Counted from the stretch's first letter, positions 25,480 to 39,091 are shown. The stretch is DNA of 64,000 nt from Raillietiella orientalis (GCA_036172245.1 JAYWIR010000043.1:62001-126000); one strand, 5' to 3'. Numbers and translations are program-made. Notes: generated from the letters alone by a model not told the origin.

Positions 25480-27592
25480 ACGATTTACATAAAGCATTCG
25501 ATTGCGTCGACCAAGATCTCCTTCTGGAGCTTCTGGAAAGCTTGGGCTTCCCTGCCTCATTAGTGGTCTATCTGCACTCCAGCTGGCGCGATGCTCTCAT
25601 CAAGGTTTCTTTCAGCGGACAGACCAAGCGCGGCGTGCCGGTGCGGCGTGGGATCCGGCTGGGAGACAGCTCGAGCCCCTTGCTATTGAGTACCTACTTT
25701 GAGTTGGTACTGAGAGCGTACAGGGGAACTCTGGCGCACCTGCCGCACGAATGTGCCGAAACGCCAGCCGTTTCAGCGTACGCGGACGACTCTCTGCTGC
25801 TGCTCGATATGTCCATCCCGGCTGCGGCGGTCGAGGAGTTCTTCGACCTGCTGCATCGGGGAACCGGAACGGTGAACAGAGCGAAGTCGTCCGTGATGCC
25901 AGTTGGTGCGGCGCGGGCAGGGCAGCAGTAATGGGTACGTTTGGGGATCCCCACGGGAGGTACTTCAACTACCTTGGTGTGACGTTGGGGGACTACTTTC
26001 CTGCGGAAGCGTGGTCCGGCTGCCTCCAAAATGTAGATACGGCGATCAGTCCGTTCCTGGAAGGCCAGTTTCACTTGCCGGAACCGGCCGCGGTTTGGAA
26101 CGGCTTTGCGGCCCCCATCCTCCGCCCCTTGCTTTTTGTTTGCCCCGCCCCAGGAGTTGTTAAAAAGAGGACGAAGGACCACCTCCGCATCGCCCTTTGG
26201 GGCAAGAGGAGTCCCCGAGTCCCTTTGAAGGACCTTTTTGCTAATCGTCGGGACCGCGGACTTAGCCTCCTGACGCTGGAGCGCGTGGAGAAACAGCTGC
26301 GATGGCGTACCCTCGCCATCGCAGCGAAGATGTGGAGCACCCCGTGGTGCATTCCGACTCGCCTACTCGCCAGTCCTTTGTCCCGGTGGAGGGACTCGCG
26401 TCTTTTCTTTTGATCCCCGGCCGGAAGATCAGAAGATGCGGCCTACAGCTGGGGCGCATGGCATCGTTGCCCATGGAGAACAGCTGGATGGTTTGCTGCC
26501 CCACCAACTCTTCCGCCTGGCTGGAGGAGTACATTGGAACGTGCGCTGTGGTGAACCGGAGAAGCCACGTAACGTAGAATCGTCTCTGATGCAGCCCCTA
26601 CGCCCGCTGCACTCTGAAAAATCTCTTGGAGAATCCAGCTAGAAGCACGTGGGCAGAGACAACCTGCCTGGCTACGGCGCTGCCCTTCCTGAGTAGGGCG
26701 CTTCACAGCAGTCGGACGTCAAGGTGGCAAGTCTCCTGCTGCATCGAGGGACATGAGAACAGAATGAGCGGCTGGAGCATTGGTAAACTTGCGGACGCCA
26801 CGACCCCTAGCGTCCAGCTGCGAGGACTAAGAAGATGGTGCGAGCTGCTGGCCATCCCTATGGATGTGCTGAAGTGGCCCCCGCTTCTTTAGGAATCCAG
26901 GATCCTGCCCTTTAAGTCGAAAGAGACGGCATTGCTGTTGTTGCATTGGGGTTTACCCTGCAACGCACGCCGCTCCCACTGGACAAGAGGAGTTGTGGAT
27001 CCTGCGTGGGTCAAGTGCGGAGAGCGGGAATCGCTCTTCCACCTTATTGTAGACTGTTCTGCCCGTCGTCCCCTTTGGGAACGGTTTGGGACGACCCTCG
27101 GTCTCCCTACGGGCAGTTCCCCTAGAGACGTTCTTCGGTCCCTCTTCGTGAAGGACGCCCTGCAGCCACCCGCAGCCCTTGCAGCCTTGTGCTGCGTGCG
27201 AGGCATCGTGACGGCATGGAGCGACATCAGCAAGGAAGGAGTGGGTCAACACGCGAGGGATGTCATCCCATATGCCCAACGCTTCTTGTGGAGAGCTGCT
27301 GGATGGCCCCAACTGGGGAATATACGGATGGACCTCGAGGGCTTCCTTCAACGGATGGGCCCTCCTTTCAGCGAACAGTGATCCCTTCCCTGCCCTCCAA
27401 CCTCTTTTGTTTGTTTTCGTTTTTGTTTTTATTTTTGTTTTTCCCCATCCCCTTTCGCTGCCGGGGAGTGCCACTCCGGGCAGCGTCCCGGCGTCCCCGT
27501 AGGTCCCGTGCATAAGGCCGTGAGCGGGGCCTGGTGCCGCGATTGTAGAGTTTTTTATCATCAATGAACGCCCCGGGCGTACCCGGGTGGCA
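25480..27592 (+). mobile_element. Element O: degenerate RT through the 3' end; front is family III-like, rear is M-like
   Basis: Starts at DLHKAFD; YADD; CCHC finger; terminus AATGAACGCCCCGGGCGTACCCGGGTG at 27563-27589. Confidence 0.88.
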
Positions 27593-27912
27593 TCTCCCCA
27601 CACAAGTAGTCTACGATGTTTGGGCACCACTTTTGGATGTGCCCGACCTCATCGCAGCAATTGCAATACCGTGGCTTACCCGCATACCAGAGGTCTACTG
27701 GTTCTCCCGCGACCTCAAGTTTGTGGGGAAGCTTGCGCCCATAGCTGTAGGTCTTGTGGAAGGACTTGCCTCCCTCACAACTACATCCATCGTGGTGTCC
27801 TCTGGCACGGCTGCTATCGGACACCGACGACCCACGCTTTACACCTGAGTACACTAAAATCTCCGGTTGCTTCCCAGACAAGCTCTGGCGGAGCCACCAA
27901 GAAACACGTCCA
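27593..27912 (-). mobile_element. Fragment S: internally deleted family II 5' end and ORF1 knuckle region
   Basis: Reverse complement gives LPHKLEVAGEPVDLWYAGKPRYCNCC..; ORF1 start resembles 39170-39250; 5' motif at 27902-27909. Confidence 0.78.
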
Positions 27913-30806
27913 CCCACACCGACTTTCGGCGATGGCTTGAGGAACGACCGGAACTATCTCCAGGCCCGGAGTTTCTCCAACATTGCCGACTTCAGTCGCC
28001 TGACTGAGTTCGAGGGTGGAGCTGAGAGGCACGCCTGGCAATCCGGGTCTGCCTGCTTACTGGACGAAGAAGGCCAGGAGCACTCTTCTCCAGCGCAGGT
28101 TTGCCGCATTTTGCGGGATTTGTACTCCTCTCTCTACGCCAAGAGACCACCAGAGCGCCCTGTTGTGCAGCGTCTGCAGCCAGAGGGTGCTTTCGCTTCA
28201 AGGGAGGACGAAGGTCACACCTTCCAACTGGAATTTACGATGGGGGAGATTGTTTCCATCATCAAGAATCTAAAAAAGAACGAAGCATCATTGGAAGTCG
28301 GCCTGATAGCTGAATTCTACCAACACTTTGCGGCAGAGTTGGCTTCCATGGTGCTCAATTTATGTTTGCTGATCCGTTAACGCGGCGATGTCCCCAACTC
28401 GTTCCAAGCAGCTAGAGTACGTCTCCTTCCTAAGGGAGGAGACTTGCGCAACGTTGGCAACTGGCGTCCCATCACTGTGGTCAATGTGGACGCAAAGATG
28501 CTTGCCAAACTCTGTGCTGAGCATTTGAGACGGGTGTCGGAATCCGTGGTCAGTCCGGAACAGACTTACGCTGTTCCCCGACGAACCTTGGAGGCCAACC
28601 TGTTCCTCGCAAGCACCTTTTGGCAGTTAAAACAGCGCAAGGCTCAGCAAGGTCTGGAGAGTTTTGGACTCTTCAATGACCGAAGGGAGGGAAGCCGGGG
28701 GAATGATGCGGCGCCCGAAGCCCTTGCGGTCGCAGTCCATTTGCGTAAAGCTTTCGAATGCGTCGACCAGGGGCTCCTCCTGGAGCTCCTGGAACGCTTG
28801 GGATTTCCGACCTTCTTCCTGGCGTACCTGCGCTCTTGCTGGCGCTTCAAGCCAATTACCATTAATTTCAGCGGCCGGCACGTGTACGGAGTGCCGGTTT
28901 CTCGCGTCATCCAGCAGGGTAACAGCCTGTGCCCCCTGCTCTTCAGCATCTACCTTGGTTTGGTGCTGAGAGCATACAGAGAGACCTTGGCAACCCAGCC
29001 GAGCTCATGTCTTGGCACGCCTGCCGTGTCAGCCTATGCCGACGACCTTTTGCATCTGCTTCCCGAGTCCACCCCGGCATCGGCGCTCGAAGATTTCTTT
29101 GAGTTGCTGAACCGTGGGACGGGCTTCGAGGTAAACAGGGCGACGTCGTCAATCGTTTCTCCGAAATCCTCGCAAGCAGGATGGTCGGACTGGATCCTCT
29201 TGGGGATCCCCACGGGCAAATACATCAACTTCCTTGGCGTTCCGTTGGGGGACTTCTGCTCTGCAGAAGCCTGGTCCGACCGTTTACAAAAGGTGGAGCT
29301 GGCGATCGGCCCGTTCCGGAACGGCAAGTTTCATTTGCAGGAACGGGCCACGGTATGGAACGCTTTTGCGGCCCCCTCCTTCGCCCTCTACTTTTTTTGT
29401 GCCCTATCCCGTACCAAATTAGGACCCGGACTAGGGGCCTTATACGGAAAGTCCTCTGGGGCAAGCGGAGGCCTCGCGTCCGGCTCAAAGACTTGTGCGC
29501 TCCACGCAGGGACGGTGGACTTGGTCTCCTGACGTTGGAGCGCATGGAGCGACAGCTCCAATTCAGAAAACTTGCTCTTGTGGCAAAGTCTTGGACAGCA
29601 CCCTGGTGTGCACCGGCAAGACTCCTTGCTCACAGGGCAACCTGTTGCTTCGGATTGACTTCAATCCTGGTAGCCAACGAACGCAGCCTTAACCACTACG
29701 GCTTTCAGCTGCGGGAATTGGTTGCCCCGTTGTGAGACAATCCGTGGATCTCCTGCAACCCTGCGGACTGGACTACTTGCTCCAGGAATCCGTTTCCGTA
29801 TGGGCTAAAATCAACGACACCAGCAAGGAGGACTTCTCTTGCCTCCGTAGAGGCAGGTACGCTGGTCAGCCACTGCAGCAGGCAACGTGGGAAGCGGCCT
29901 GCCTCATCGGAGGCAGGAAAAAATTACTGAAGGCGTGGACGTCCCGGGAACTAGCGGACGCTACTACCCCGAGTGTGCCGCCGAACGGAATTGTACGCTG
30001 GGGCGCGCTGCTCAGCATACCTCCGGAGGAGGTGAAGTGGCCCCAGCGTCTTGGGTCAACGGTACCCTTCCCCTGCAGTGGCAGGAGACGGCGTTGCTTC
30101 TGCTCTTCTGGGGCTTTTAAGCAGAGCACGCCTGTCTCACTGGACATCAAGGAGTGTGGATGCTAGTTGTGCAGAGTGCGGGAAAAGAGAAATTTTCTGT
30201 TACTTAATCATAGAATGCGTTGCCCTTCTCGAGATGTGGAACAGACTCTCGTCGATGCTGAACATTCCGGTTGGCGACCCAAAACATCTATTCAGACGCC
30301 TTCTGATGCGAGACGGCTTGCCAGCCTCCGGATGCGTAGCAGTGCTCTGCTGCATACGCGGTATCCTGGATAAGTGGACCGCGTCAAGGAGAGGAAGAAT
30401 CAGTCGAAGAGCCATCCACTGGGCAGCGATCTCTTTGGAGAAAGCCTGTTGTTGACGCCGACTTAATATACATTTGCCGGCATTTGTTCGCATCCGAAAC
30501 CGGATGCAAAGGCCTCCTCACGGCGCACCGTGATTCCCTCCCTCCCTCCCCATCCCCATAAAACATTGCCGTCTACACGTTATTCTTTGTTTCTTTGTTT
30601 TATTTTTTATTTTACCCGCCCCGGCGCTAGTAAGAAGGACCATATCGGCCTCCGGGTCGGTAAGGACAAGTGCAACGACACTACGATAAACTTCTGAATG
30701 TCCTAAAGAGGAAAATTAACCTTGTTTAAAAATTAAGACCTTATTATGAAATTTTTGTATTCTCAAAAATTTAAATAATAAAGGTCCCGGCTTACCCTGG
30801 TGAAAA
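27913..30806 (+). mobile_element. Element P (family IV): degenerate ORF2 from the linker through the 3' end
   Basis: FGDG..RN, WRPITVVN, YADD, CAECGKREIFCYLIIEC; terminus AATAAAGGTCCCGGCTTACCCTGGTG at 30777-30802. Confidence 0.88.
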
Positions 30807-30996
30807 ACCTTGTATACAAGCGACAGCTTGTATTCACAGGACCGATAGGCGGATTCCTCTGCCAAGACCTCCGCAATAAGCGCGGCGACCATTTCGCACC
30901 AAGTCTTTGTCGGCTGCGAAGACGGTCCAGGGTCTGTTGCCCTCATAGCCGTAGGTTGTGTGGAAGGACTTGCCTCCTTCACGAATACATCCATCC
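30807..30996 (-). mobile_element. Fragment T: family II ORF1 N-terminal remnant; host of P
   Basis: Reverse complement gives ..YKLSLVYKV; similar to 27740-27790. Confidence 0.72.
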
Positions 30997-31021
30997 AACG
31001 TCCCGGCGTACCCGGGTGGAA
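30997..31021 (+). repeat. Orphan 3'-terminal hairpin whose element body has been deleted
   Basis: AACGTCCCGGCGTACCCGGGTG followed by GAA, with no 3' UTR upstream. Confidence 0.75.
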
Positions 31022-31597
31022 GCTCTGAAGCAGCGCGGAAGCTGGTGCAAGGGAAACCGGCAGCAAAACTCGCGGACCGATTTTTTCAGATCGCCCCAGT
31101 CAGAGAGGTCACTCATGAAGAAGCCGCGGAGGTACTGGAGAAAATGCTCCGCCACCTCCGAATGACTTAGCTAGTCTGCCATCATCCTCCAACACAGTTT
31201 GGAGGCCCCTTGCCTGGAGGGAGCAGTTCGAACTCGAGCCTGTTGTGGTCTGAAAGTAAGAGACGCACCCTTGCTGAGCGAAACGAGGCAGGGACATTGC
31301 CCGTCTCTCGCATCAGCGCATGAAGCCTCACCACCAGAGGAATGAGTTCCGCCGCGAAGCACTGGAAGAACTCCGCAGGCAGACCATTTTCACATAGCAG
31401 CTTGTGCTGATCGAAGTCCGCTAAAGCGAAAGACACTTCTTCCGCCATGAAGGGCAAGTCAAGAGTGGCTCGTACCTCCTCGTCGACCGCCGGGGAATCC
31501 GCCGGCAGAAGCAGCTCCGAGAGACTGCGTTCCGTCGGCTCCCTAGCATACATCGAGGAGTAGTAGCTCTTTAGGAGGCGGCGAACTCCGGCCCCGC
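31022..31597 (-). mobile_element. Two fused family I ORF2 fragments (R region)
   Basis: 31597-31254 encodes YYSS..FRSARVRLL, joined out of order to LSDHNRLEFELL..LPRCF at 31253-31022. Confidence 0.8.
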
Positions 31598-33056
31598 CAA
31601 AGCCCTCTTGAGGACTGCCCTTTGAGGCACAGCGAGGTCACGTGTCCGGTTGAAAGACTTGTTCGCTCCACGCAGGGATGGTGGTTTGGGGCTCCTTACG
31701 TTGGAGCGCATCCAACTACAGACAACACTTCGGAAGTTAGCCCTTGCGGCTAGCTTATGGATGACGCCATTGTGCGATCCGGCACGGCTCCTCGCCAGAA
31801 GAGCGACCGGCTGCGAAGGATTGTCCTCGATCCTCGTGGCCTACCAGCGCAGCCTCTCCAGCTGTGGCCTTCATTTGCGCCAGATGGTCGCCCTGATGAT
31901 GGAGAATACCTGGATCTCCTGCCTTCCCGCGAACTGCACTGCCTGGCTTCAGAAGTCAGCTTCCGCGTGGGCTAAGATCAACGGCACGAGCGAGGCGGAA
32001 TACAACTGCCTACGACGAGGACCGTACGCTCGACAGCCGCTGCAGGAGATAATCAACACGCCCCGGAAGTTTCTGTGGGCTTCTTTCAGCCCTGTTGCCC
32101 CCGTTCTGTCCTCTTTTAAAAACACTAGGAGCATTAACGAGCGGGCATCGTGAGAAGTGTCCTGCCTCATCCGAGGCAGGAAAAAACCATTAAAGGCGTG
32201 GACGACTCGGGAGCTTACGGACGCTGCCACCCCGAGCGTTCCGCTTCATGGACTTGCGCGCTGGGGAGAGCTGCTCGCAATACCTCCGAAGGAGGTGAAG
32301 TGGCTCCCAGCGTGTTGGCATTGTGGCACACTCCCGTTGAAGTGGCAGGAGACGGCGTTGCTATTTCTGCACTGGGGACTGTTAAGCAGAGCACGCCTGT
32401 CTCACTGGACACTGGGGCATGTGGATGCCCGCTGTGTCGAGTGCGGAGAAAGAGAAACCTTCCCGCATCTCACCTTCGAATGTGTCGCCCTGGATGGACT
32501 CTGGAGTCAAATCGCCCCAATCCTCCATCTTCCAGTAGGCGACCCTAAGGAAACTTACCGTCTCCTCTTTCTGCGAGACGGCCTGCGCCCCGCTGCGTCT
32601 CTAGCAGTCCTCTGCTGCGTGCGCGGCATTGTGCAAAGGTGGCACGCCAGAAGAAGAGGCCCAAGATGCAGGGACGCCTACCACTGGACGATGATCTCTT
32701 TATAGACGGCGACAAGGTGGCGTCTACCTTTCACAGTTGAAGCAGAACTTGACTGCATCCTTAACAGGATGCGGAGGACCGTCCCAGGCGCCCAGTGATC
32801 CCTTCCTTGCCCCCCCCCTCTCCCCATACAACTGTTTTCCTTCCCGTTATCTCTCTTTTTGTTTGTTGTTTTTCTAGTTTTCCCTTCCCATGCGCCTCGG
32901 GAATGTTCCTAACCGGTCTATGCACCGGCAACCGACACGTCCAGCAATGTAGGAGAACCCAGTGTTTCTCCTCAGAAAACATCTTTTTTGAAGACTTTAT
33001 TATCTAATTTTTGTAAAAAATTAGAATAATAAATGCCCCGGCATATCCTGGTGCCA
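31598..33056 (+). mobile_element. Element Q (family IV), 5'-truncated, with TSD
   Basis: TSD AACTCCGGCC(C/G)CGC at 31584-31597 and 33057-33070; CVECGERETFPHLTFEC; terminus at 33028-33053. Confidence 0.88.
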
Positions 33057-33310
33057 AACTCCGGCCGCGCTCAAGCACTTCATGCCTTGGTCGTCGAGCA
33101 GAGAAGCCGCTCCTGACTGCCAGACCTCGCGCTCGTCCTTGGCCTTGTACTCTGTAAGGAACCGGACGTCCGTGCTTCGAGAGAATTGGCGGGACTGCAG
33201 AAACTCTGCTGTTGGCCACGCCATCTTCCAAGCCACGAAGAAGCAGGCGCAAAAGGAACCGGCTGCAGAACTCGCGGACCGATGTTTTCAGATCGTTCCA
33301 GTCCACGAGC
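33057..33310 (-). mobile_element. Continuation of host R on the other side of Q
   Basis: Reverse complement gives DWNDLKTSVREFC..WQSGAASLLDDQG. Confidence 0.8.
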
Positions 33311-33319
33311 GAGAGCGGA

Positions 33320-34570
33320 TGGATTTATGTTTCGCTCTTGAGCGTTTGTGGTTTCATTTTTTTCTTTTTTTTCTTGGTGTGCCAGTGGATTCGGTGGTGG
33401 CTAGGCAGCAATGCCTAGCCAACATCAATGTTAGGGAGGGGGCGACGTCTATATCGCCTCCTGAATCAATGGATGTGGGGGCAAGCGCCCCCACAGAAGC
33501 AACTCCCTCGCTAGAGAGATGCTGGAGTTCCGTGGCTGCGGCGTCAACGCAAGCGGCTGCGGCTGAGTTGAAAGCCTACCTGGAGAAGGGGTGAAATCCC
33601 CCTCTACTCTACAAGGTAGGCAACCTTTACTCCTTTGAGAGTGCACGCGCTTTCTCGAAAGCGATGCACTCTTTCAAAGTACCCCAGGAGGAGCTCTTGG
33701 CGATGACCATCAGGAGTGGTGGACAGTACGTTGAAGTGATTTGGAAAGAAGCAAGTCTTGCCCAGCGTTTGCTCCGTACACCTGTTCCTTTAGGGAATCG
33801 CCGGCTCCTCCCCATCACGGAGGATAGATCTATCGTGATCCACCTCCTCGGAATCAACTTCCGGATAACCGAAGAGGCTGTCCGAAAGGAACTAGTTAAA
33901 TTTGAAACTGTCCACGCGTTGTGGAAAAGGCCGACTCCGTTTAGGGAGTACGATCTCCTGAATTGCGTTATGGCTTGCGCGCTAAGCACGGTCCGCGAGG
34001 GTTGCTCCCTACCAAAAAGGCTGGAGGTCAACGGCGAACCCGTTGGCACCTGGTATGTAGGAAAGCCGCATTTCTGCGGGCATTGCAGCACTCCAGATCA
34101 CCTGACAAAATTTTCTTTCACTTCCAGTGCAAGCAATTGAAACAACCCTGGCACACTCTTCCAGTGTGTTCGCGAAATGAAGTCTGCGTCGCGTGCGTAC
34201 GGAATGCGAAGAAGCGCGCGGCCAAAAAACGAAGAGTTCAGGCAGCCCGAAAGAGAGCCGCAGCTAAAAAGACAACTGTCGTGCCCCAGGTGAAGGTCAG
34301 CTCCGAGATATTGGAAAACTCGGACAAAGTGGAGGAGAACGGCATGGAACCTGTATGGCAAGTAGTAAAATCCAAGGGGCAAAAAAGCCTCAAGGAACCA
34401 AAAAGTGTCGCGAAACGCAGCGAGAATTTGCCGCGTTGGGGAAAGATGAACCGCTTCTCTGTCGTCATCAGGTGCATTCCTGCGAGCGAACAGAGTTGCC
34501 AAATTGCACTTATCGCTGCAGACTTTCAAACCTCCGGCAAAGCAATGCCGGAGGATATCGACCCAATTTA
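33320..34570 (+). mobile_element. Element D': second copy of the D 5' UTR and ORF1
   Basis: Colinear with about 13300-14545; carries the same frameshift (..FTSSASN*). Confidence 0.85.
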
Positions 34571-36149
34571 AGGGTGACCTCTGGTCAGGGTGGGGACATC
34601 CGTGCGGGCAAGGGTGTCCTACCGATCGTAGTCGATCTTCTTAAAGCTTTCAATTGCGTGGACCAGGAGCTTCTCCTCAGGCGTGTGCATCGCATGGGTT
34701 TCCCACCTACCTTAACGGCGTACCTGAGCTCCTACTTGCGCATTGCGCTCACAAATATCTGTTTCAGAAGACAGAACGACTACGGCATGCAGGTGCGCCG
34801 CGGGATTCGGCAGGGCGATAGCCTCAGTCCCCCGCTCTTTAGTACCTACTTCGAGGTGGTGCTGAGAGCTTACAGGATGAATTTGGCTGCCTTGCCAAGC
34901 TCATGCTCCGACACTCCTGCCGTGCCCGCCTTTGCCGACGATCTGCTGCTCCTGCTACCAATGTCCGCCCCGGGAACGGCAGTCGAATATTTCTTCAACC
35001 TGCTAAGACGTGGGACAGAACTACTGGTCAACAGGGCAAAATGGTCGATGGTGGCAGTTGGAGCGACGTGGGTAAGACGGCCCGACTGGATCCGCCTGGG
35101 GATCCCGACGGCCACACATCTGAAGTACCTTGGCATTCCGCTGTGGGACTTCTGCCCGTCAGAAGCATGGTCAGGCCGTCTTCAGAAAGTGGACTGGGCG
35201 ATCCGCCCATTCCTGGAGGTCAAGTTCCACTTGCCGGAACGGGCCACAGTATGGAACGCGTTTGAAGCTCACATCCTCCGCCCCCTGCTCTTTGTGTGTC
35301 CCGTCCCCCGTGACTTGAAGAAGAGGACAAAAGACCTTCTCCGCTTTGCCCTCTGGGGTAGCGGGAGGCCTCGTGCTCTTCTTAAGGACATATGCGCTCC
35401 GCGTCGGGACGGAGGTCTAGGCCTCCTGACGTTGGCGCGCATGGACATACAGCTGCAATGGCGCACCCTTGCCATCGCAGCAAAGACGTGGAACACCCCT
35501 GATGCGTCCCGGCCCGCATTCCCGCCAGCCGTGTATCGAGGACGCAAGGACTCGCGTCTTTCCTTCTGTGCCCCGGCCGGAAGGTCAGGAGATGCGGCCT
35601 TCTCCTTGGGCGCATGGAATCCCTGGTGAGATAGAACGGCTGGACGGTATGCAGCCCTGCCAACTACTCCGCTTGTCTGGAGGAATCCGTTGGGACGTGA
35701 GCCAAGGTAAACCTCCAGACTGGACGTGAATGGAACCGCCTGCGACTCGGTTCCAACGCCTGCTGCACCTTACGGACTACTCTGGAGTGTCTCTCCAGGA
35801 GCGAGTAGGCGGAGACCACCCCTTTGGCTTCGACGCTGCCCTTCCTACGAAGGGATCAAACCAGGGGCCGGACGCCGAAGTGGCACGTCTCCTGCCGGAT
35901 CGCAGGCAGGGAAAAGAAAATGAGCGGTTGGACCATAGGTGAACTGGCAGATGCCACGAACCCGAGTGCCCTTCCACGTGGACTTGTTAAATGAAGCGAG
36001 CTGCTCGGCATCCCGACGGATGACCTGAAGTTGCCCCCAGTATCAATCGGATCCAGGCTTCTCTTGCTAAAGTGGCAAGAGTCGGCAGTGCTGCTGTTTC
36101 ACAGGGTTTTACCCCGTAACGCGCGACGCTTCCACTGAACAAGAGGAAA
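34571..36149 (+). mobile_element. Element H (family II, C-like): degenerate RT and C-terminal fragment; host of I
   Basis: DLLKAFN, GIRQGDSLSP, FADD; cut just before the CCHC finger. Confidence 0.85.
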
Positions 36150-39091
36150 TTTTCACCCGGTCACGCCGGAGCCTTTATTGCTAAACACTATGTTTTCGCG
36201 GTACGAGGCCCCGCTACGGCCAATAGTTCTTTGGAGCTGCCGGGAAGCCGGCTCGCAGGCCGGCTTTACTCTTCTCGGCAGCGGAGGGGGAAGGGGGTAA
36301 AAACGAAAAGAAAAATAGAAGAAATAAACGGAAACAAACTATTTGGAGGGCCGGGAATGGATCACAGCCCGCTGGAGGAAGAGACCATCCTTTCGAGGAT
36401 GCCCTCGAGGTCCCTCCTTATTGTTCCCAGATGGGTCATGCCGATCGCGATTCGTAGCTATCTACCAGCGTGTACGATAGGATCCCTGTCACGGCTTCCT
36501 CTGTTGGCTGCGCTCCACGAGGCCACAATCCCTCGGAGGCAGCAAAGTGCTGCAAGGGCTGAGGCCGCTGTCAGGGCATGTCTCACGAAGAGGAGTCCCA
36601 TAACGTCTCTGGAAGTGCTGCCTAACGGCATTGAAAGGTTCGTAGCAAAACGTTCCCACAAGGGCCGAAGGACACCGCAGTCCACTAACAGATGGGGGAG
36701 GGATTCCTTCTCCCCGCACACTGCACAGTTCTGTTTAACATTCCCCCACGTCCAGTGGTGGCGGCGCGCGTTGCAGGGAAGACCCCAGTGCAACAACAAC
36801 AGCGCCGTTTCCTGCCACTTTAGGAAGAGGATTGATGAATCAATGAACGACGGGGGCCACTCTAGGTCATCCGTCGGGATGCCAAGCAGCTCGCTCCATC
36901 TCCGTAGTCCATGCGGGTGAATTCTTGGGGTCGCGGCGTCAGCCAGTTCCCTCATGGTCCACGCAGTCAGATCCTTCTCTTTGCCCGCTATCCGGCTGGA
37001 GACTTGCCATCTCGGCTTTCGAATATTTTGGAGCGCCCTCCGTAGGAAGGGTAGAGCCGTGGCCAGTGGGGTCGTCTCCGCCCATGTGCTTCTGGCGGGA
37101 CACACGATCATGTTCCGCAGCGTGCAGTGGGTGTAGATGCCGGTACGCAGGCCGTAGCAGGATTCTTCACTGATATTATTTATCTTTGCACACGTTCCAA
37201 CTGTTTCTTCCAGCCATGCGCTGGAGTTGACAGGGCTGTAGGTCATCCACGCGTTCTCCTTTGCCAGGGTGGCCATGCGTCCCAGTAGAAGTCTGCATCT
37301 TCTTTTTTTCCGGCCGGGGCACAGAAGAAAAGACGCGAGTCCTTCAGTCCCGGACACACGTCTGACGAGAAGGCGGGCCGCTGCGCACCACGGGGTGTTC
37401 CACATTTTCGCTGCGATGGCTAGAGTACGCCAACGCAGCTGTGTTTCCATTCGCTCCATCGTCAGTACGCTGAGACCTCCGTCCCGACGTGGAGCGCACA
37501 AGTCTTTTAGAGGCACACGAGGCCTCCCGCCGCCCCACAGGGCGATAGGTAGGAGGTCCTTCGTTCGTTTACTTAATTCACGGGGTACAGGGCAAACAAA
37601 AAGTAGGGTGCGAAGGAGGGGGGCCGCGAACGCGTTCCACACCGCGGCCCGTTCCGGCATGTGAAGCTTGCCTTCCAGGAACGGGCCGATCGCTGACTCC
37701 ACTTTTTGGAGACGACCTGACCAGGCTTCTGACTGACAGAAGTCCCCCAACGGAACGAGGAGGTACTTTAAGTACCTGTCCGTGGGGATCCCCTGGTGGA
37801 TCCAATCAGGTAGTCCTGCCCACGTAGCACCAACAGCAACCAGCGATGACTTCGTCCTGTTTACCTGTAGTCTTGTCCCACGGCTCAACAATTCGAAGAA
37901 ATCTTCGACTGCCGAAGCCGGGGCGGACATGTGCGGCAGGAGCAAAAGATCGTCAGCGTACGACGACACGGCCGGCGTACTTGGACACGAGCTTGACAGG
38001 GCAGTCAATGTCACCCTGTAGGCTCTCAGCACCAGTTCGAAATAGTTGCTGAAGAGTAGAAGACTCAGGCTGTCGCCCTGCCGGATGCAGCGCCTCACCG
38101 GTACGCCGAACACATGCTGTCCTCTAAAAAGTACGTTAATGATCGCATTGAGCCAGCAGGCGCGCAGGTAAACCAGTAAAGTGTCCGGGAAGTCCATGCG
38201 ATCCAGGAGCTCAGGAAGGAGTACCTGGTCCACGCAATCGAACGCTTTGTGCAGATCGACTGCGATCGCTAAAGCCCCCTTCCCTTCCCTGCAGTCCCTT
38301 GTTTGCCGCGCTGGCGCTCCCAAATTAGGTTTGTCGTCATTTCGTTCTTTTTTCTTCTCTTTTTCTTCGTATTGTAGATTGAACCATGCGCTGGCGAAGG
38401 ACAGGATCGCTTCCGTGCTCCGCCCGGGAACAGCGTACGTCTGTTCCAAGCTGACGAAAATTTCAGCTACCTGTCCAAGTCGCGCAGCCCACAGTCCGGC
38501 CAGCATCTTGACGTCCGTGTTCACTATCGTGATCAAACGCCAGTTGCTTAATTTCCTAAGGTCTCCTTCCTTAGGGAGGAGCCTCACCCTGGCTTACCGA
38601 AACGAGGAAGGAACATCGCCTTGGTCTCGGAACAGCGATGTCAATTTGAGCGCCAGGGAGGTCAGCACTGCGACGAAGCACTGAAAGAACTCCGCCGGCA
38701 GGCCGTCCTCCCCTGCTTCCTTACGCCTTTTGAGCCTTTCAATCGCGGTGATGATTTCCCCGGTCGTAAATGGCTCCTCGATGCTTTCTTTCTCCTCCTC
38801 ATCTATGGCCGGGGCTCCAGCAGGAAGCAGGCGTGGCGAAGCATCCCACTCCGCAGGTGCCCTTTCGTATAGAGAGGAGTAAAATCCACACACGAGGCGA
38901 CGTATCAAAGCCGTCTCCGAGTGTTCCTGGTCCAAATCGTCCAGCACGCAGGGCGGTCCGGTTTGCCATGCTAGACACTCGGCCCCGGCTTTGTATTCCG
39001 CCAAGAGACGGACGTAAGGGGTCCTTGCGAGACCACAGGCGTGCAAATACGCCCTTTCGTTGCAGGTCCCTACTCGAAATCCCCTCTGTGG
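36150..39091 (-). mobile_element. Element I (family II-like), 3' part; host of M
   Basis: ORF 38587-36458 (709 aa, with YADD and CAVC..H..C); minus-strand terminus AATAAAGGCTCCGGCGTGACCGGGTG at 36154-36179. Confidence 0.9.
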
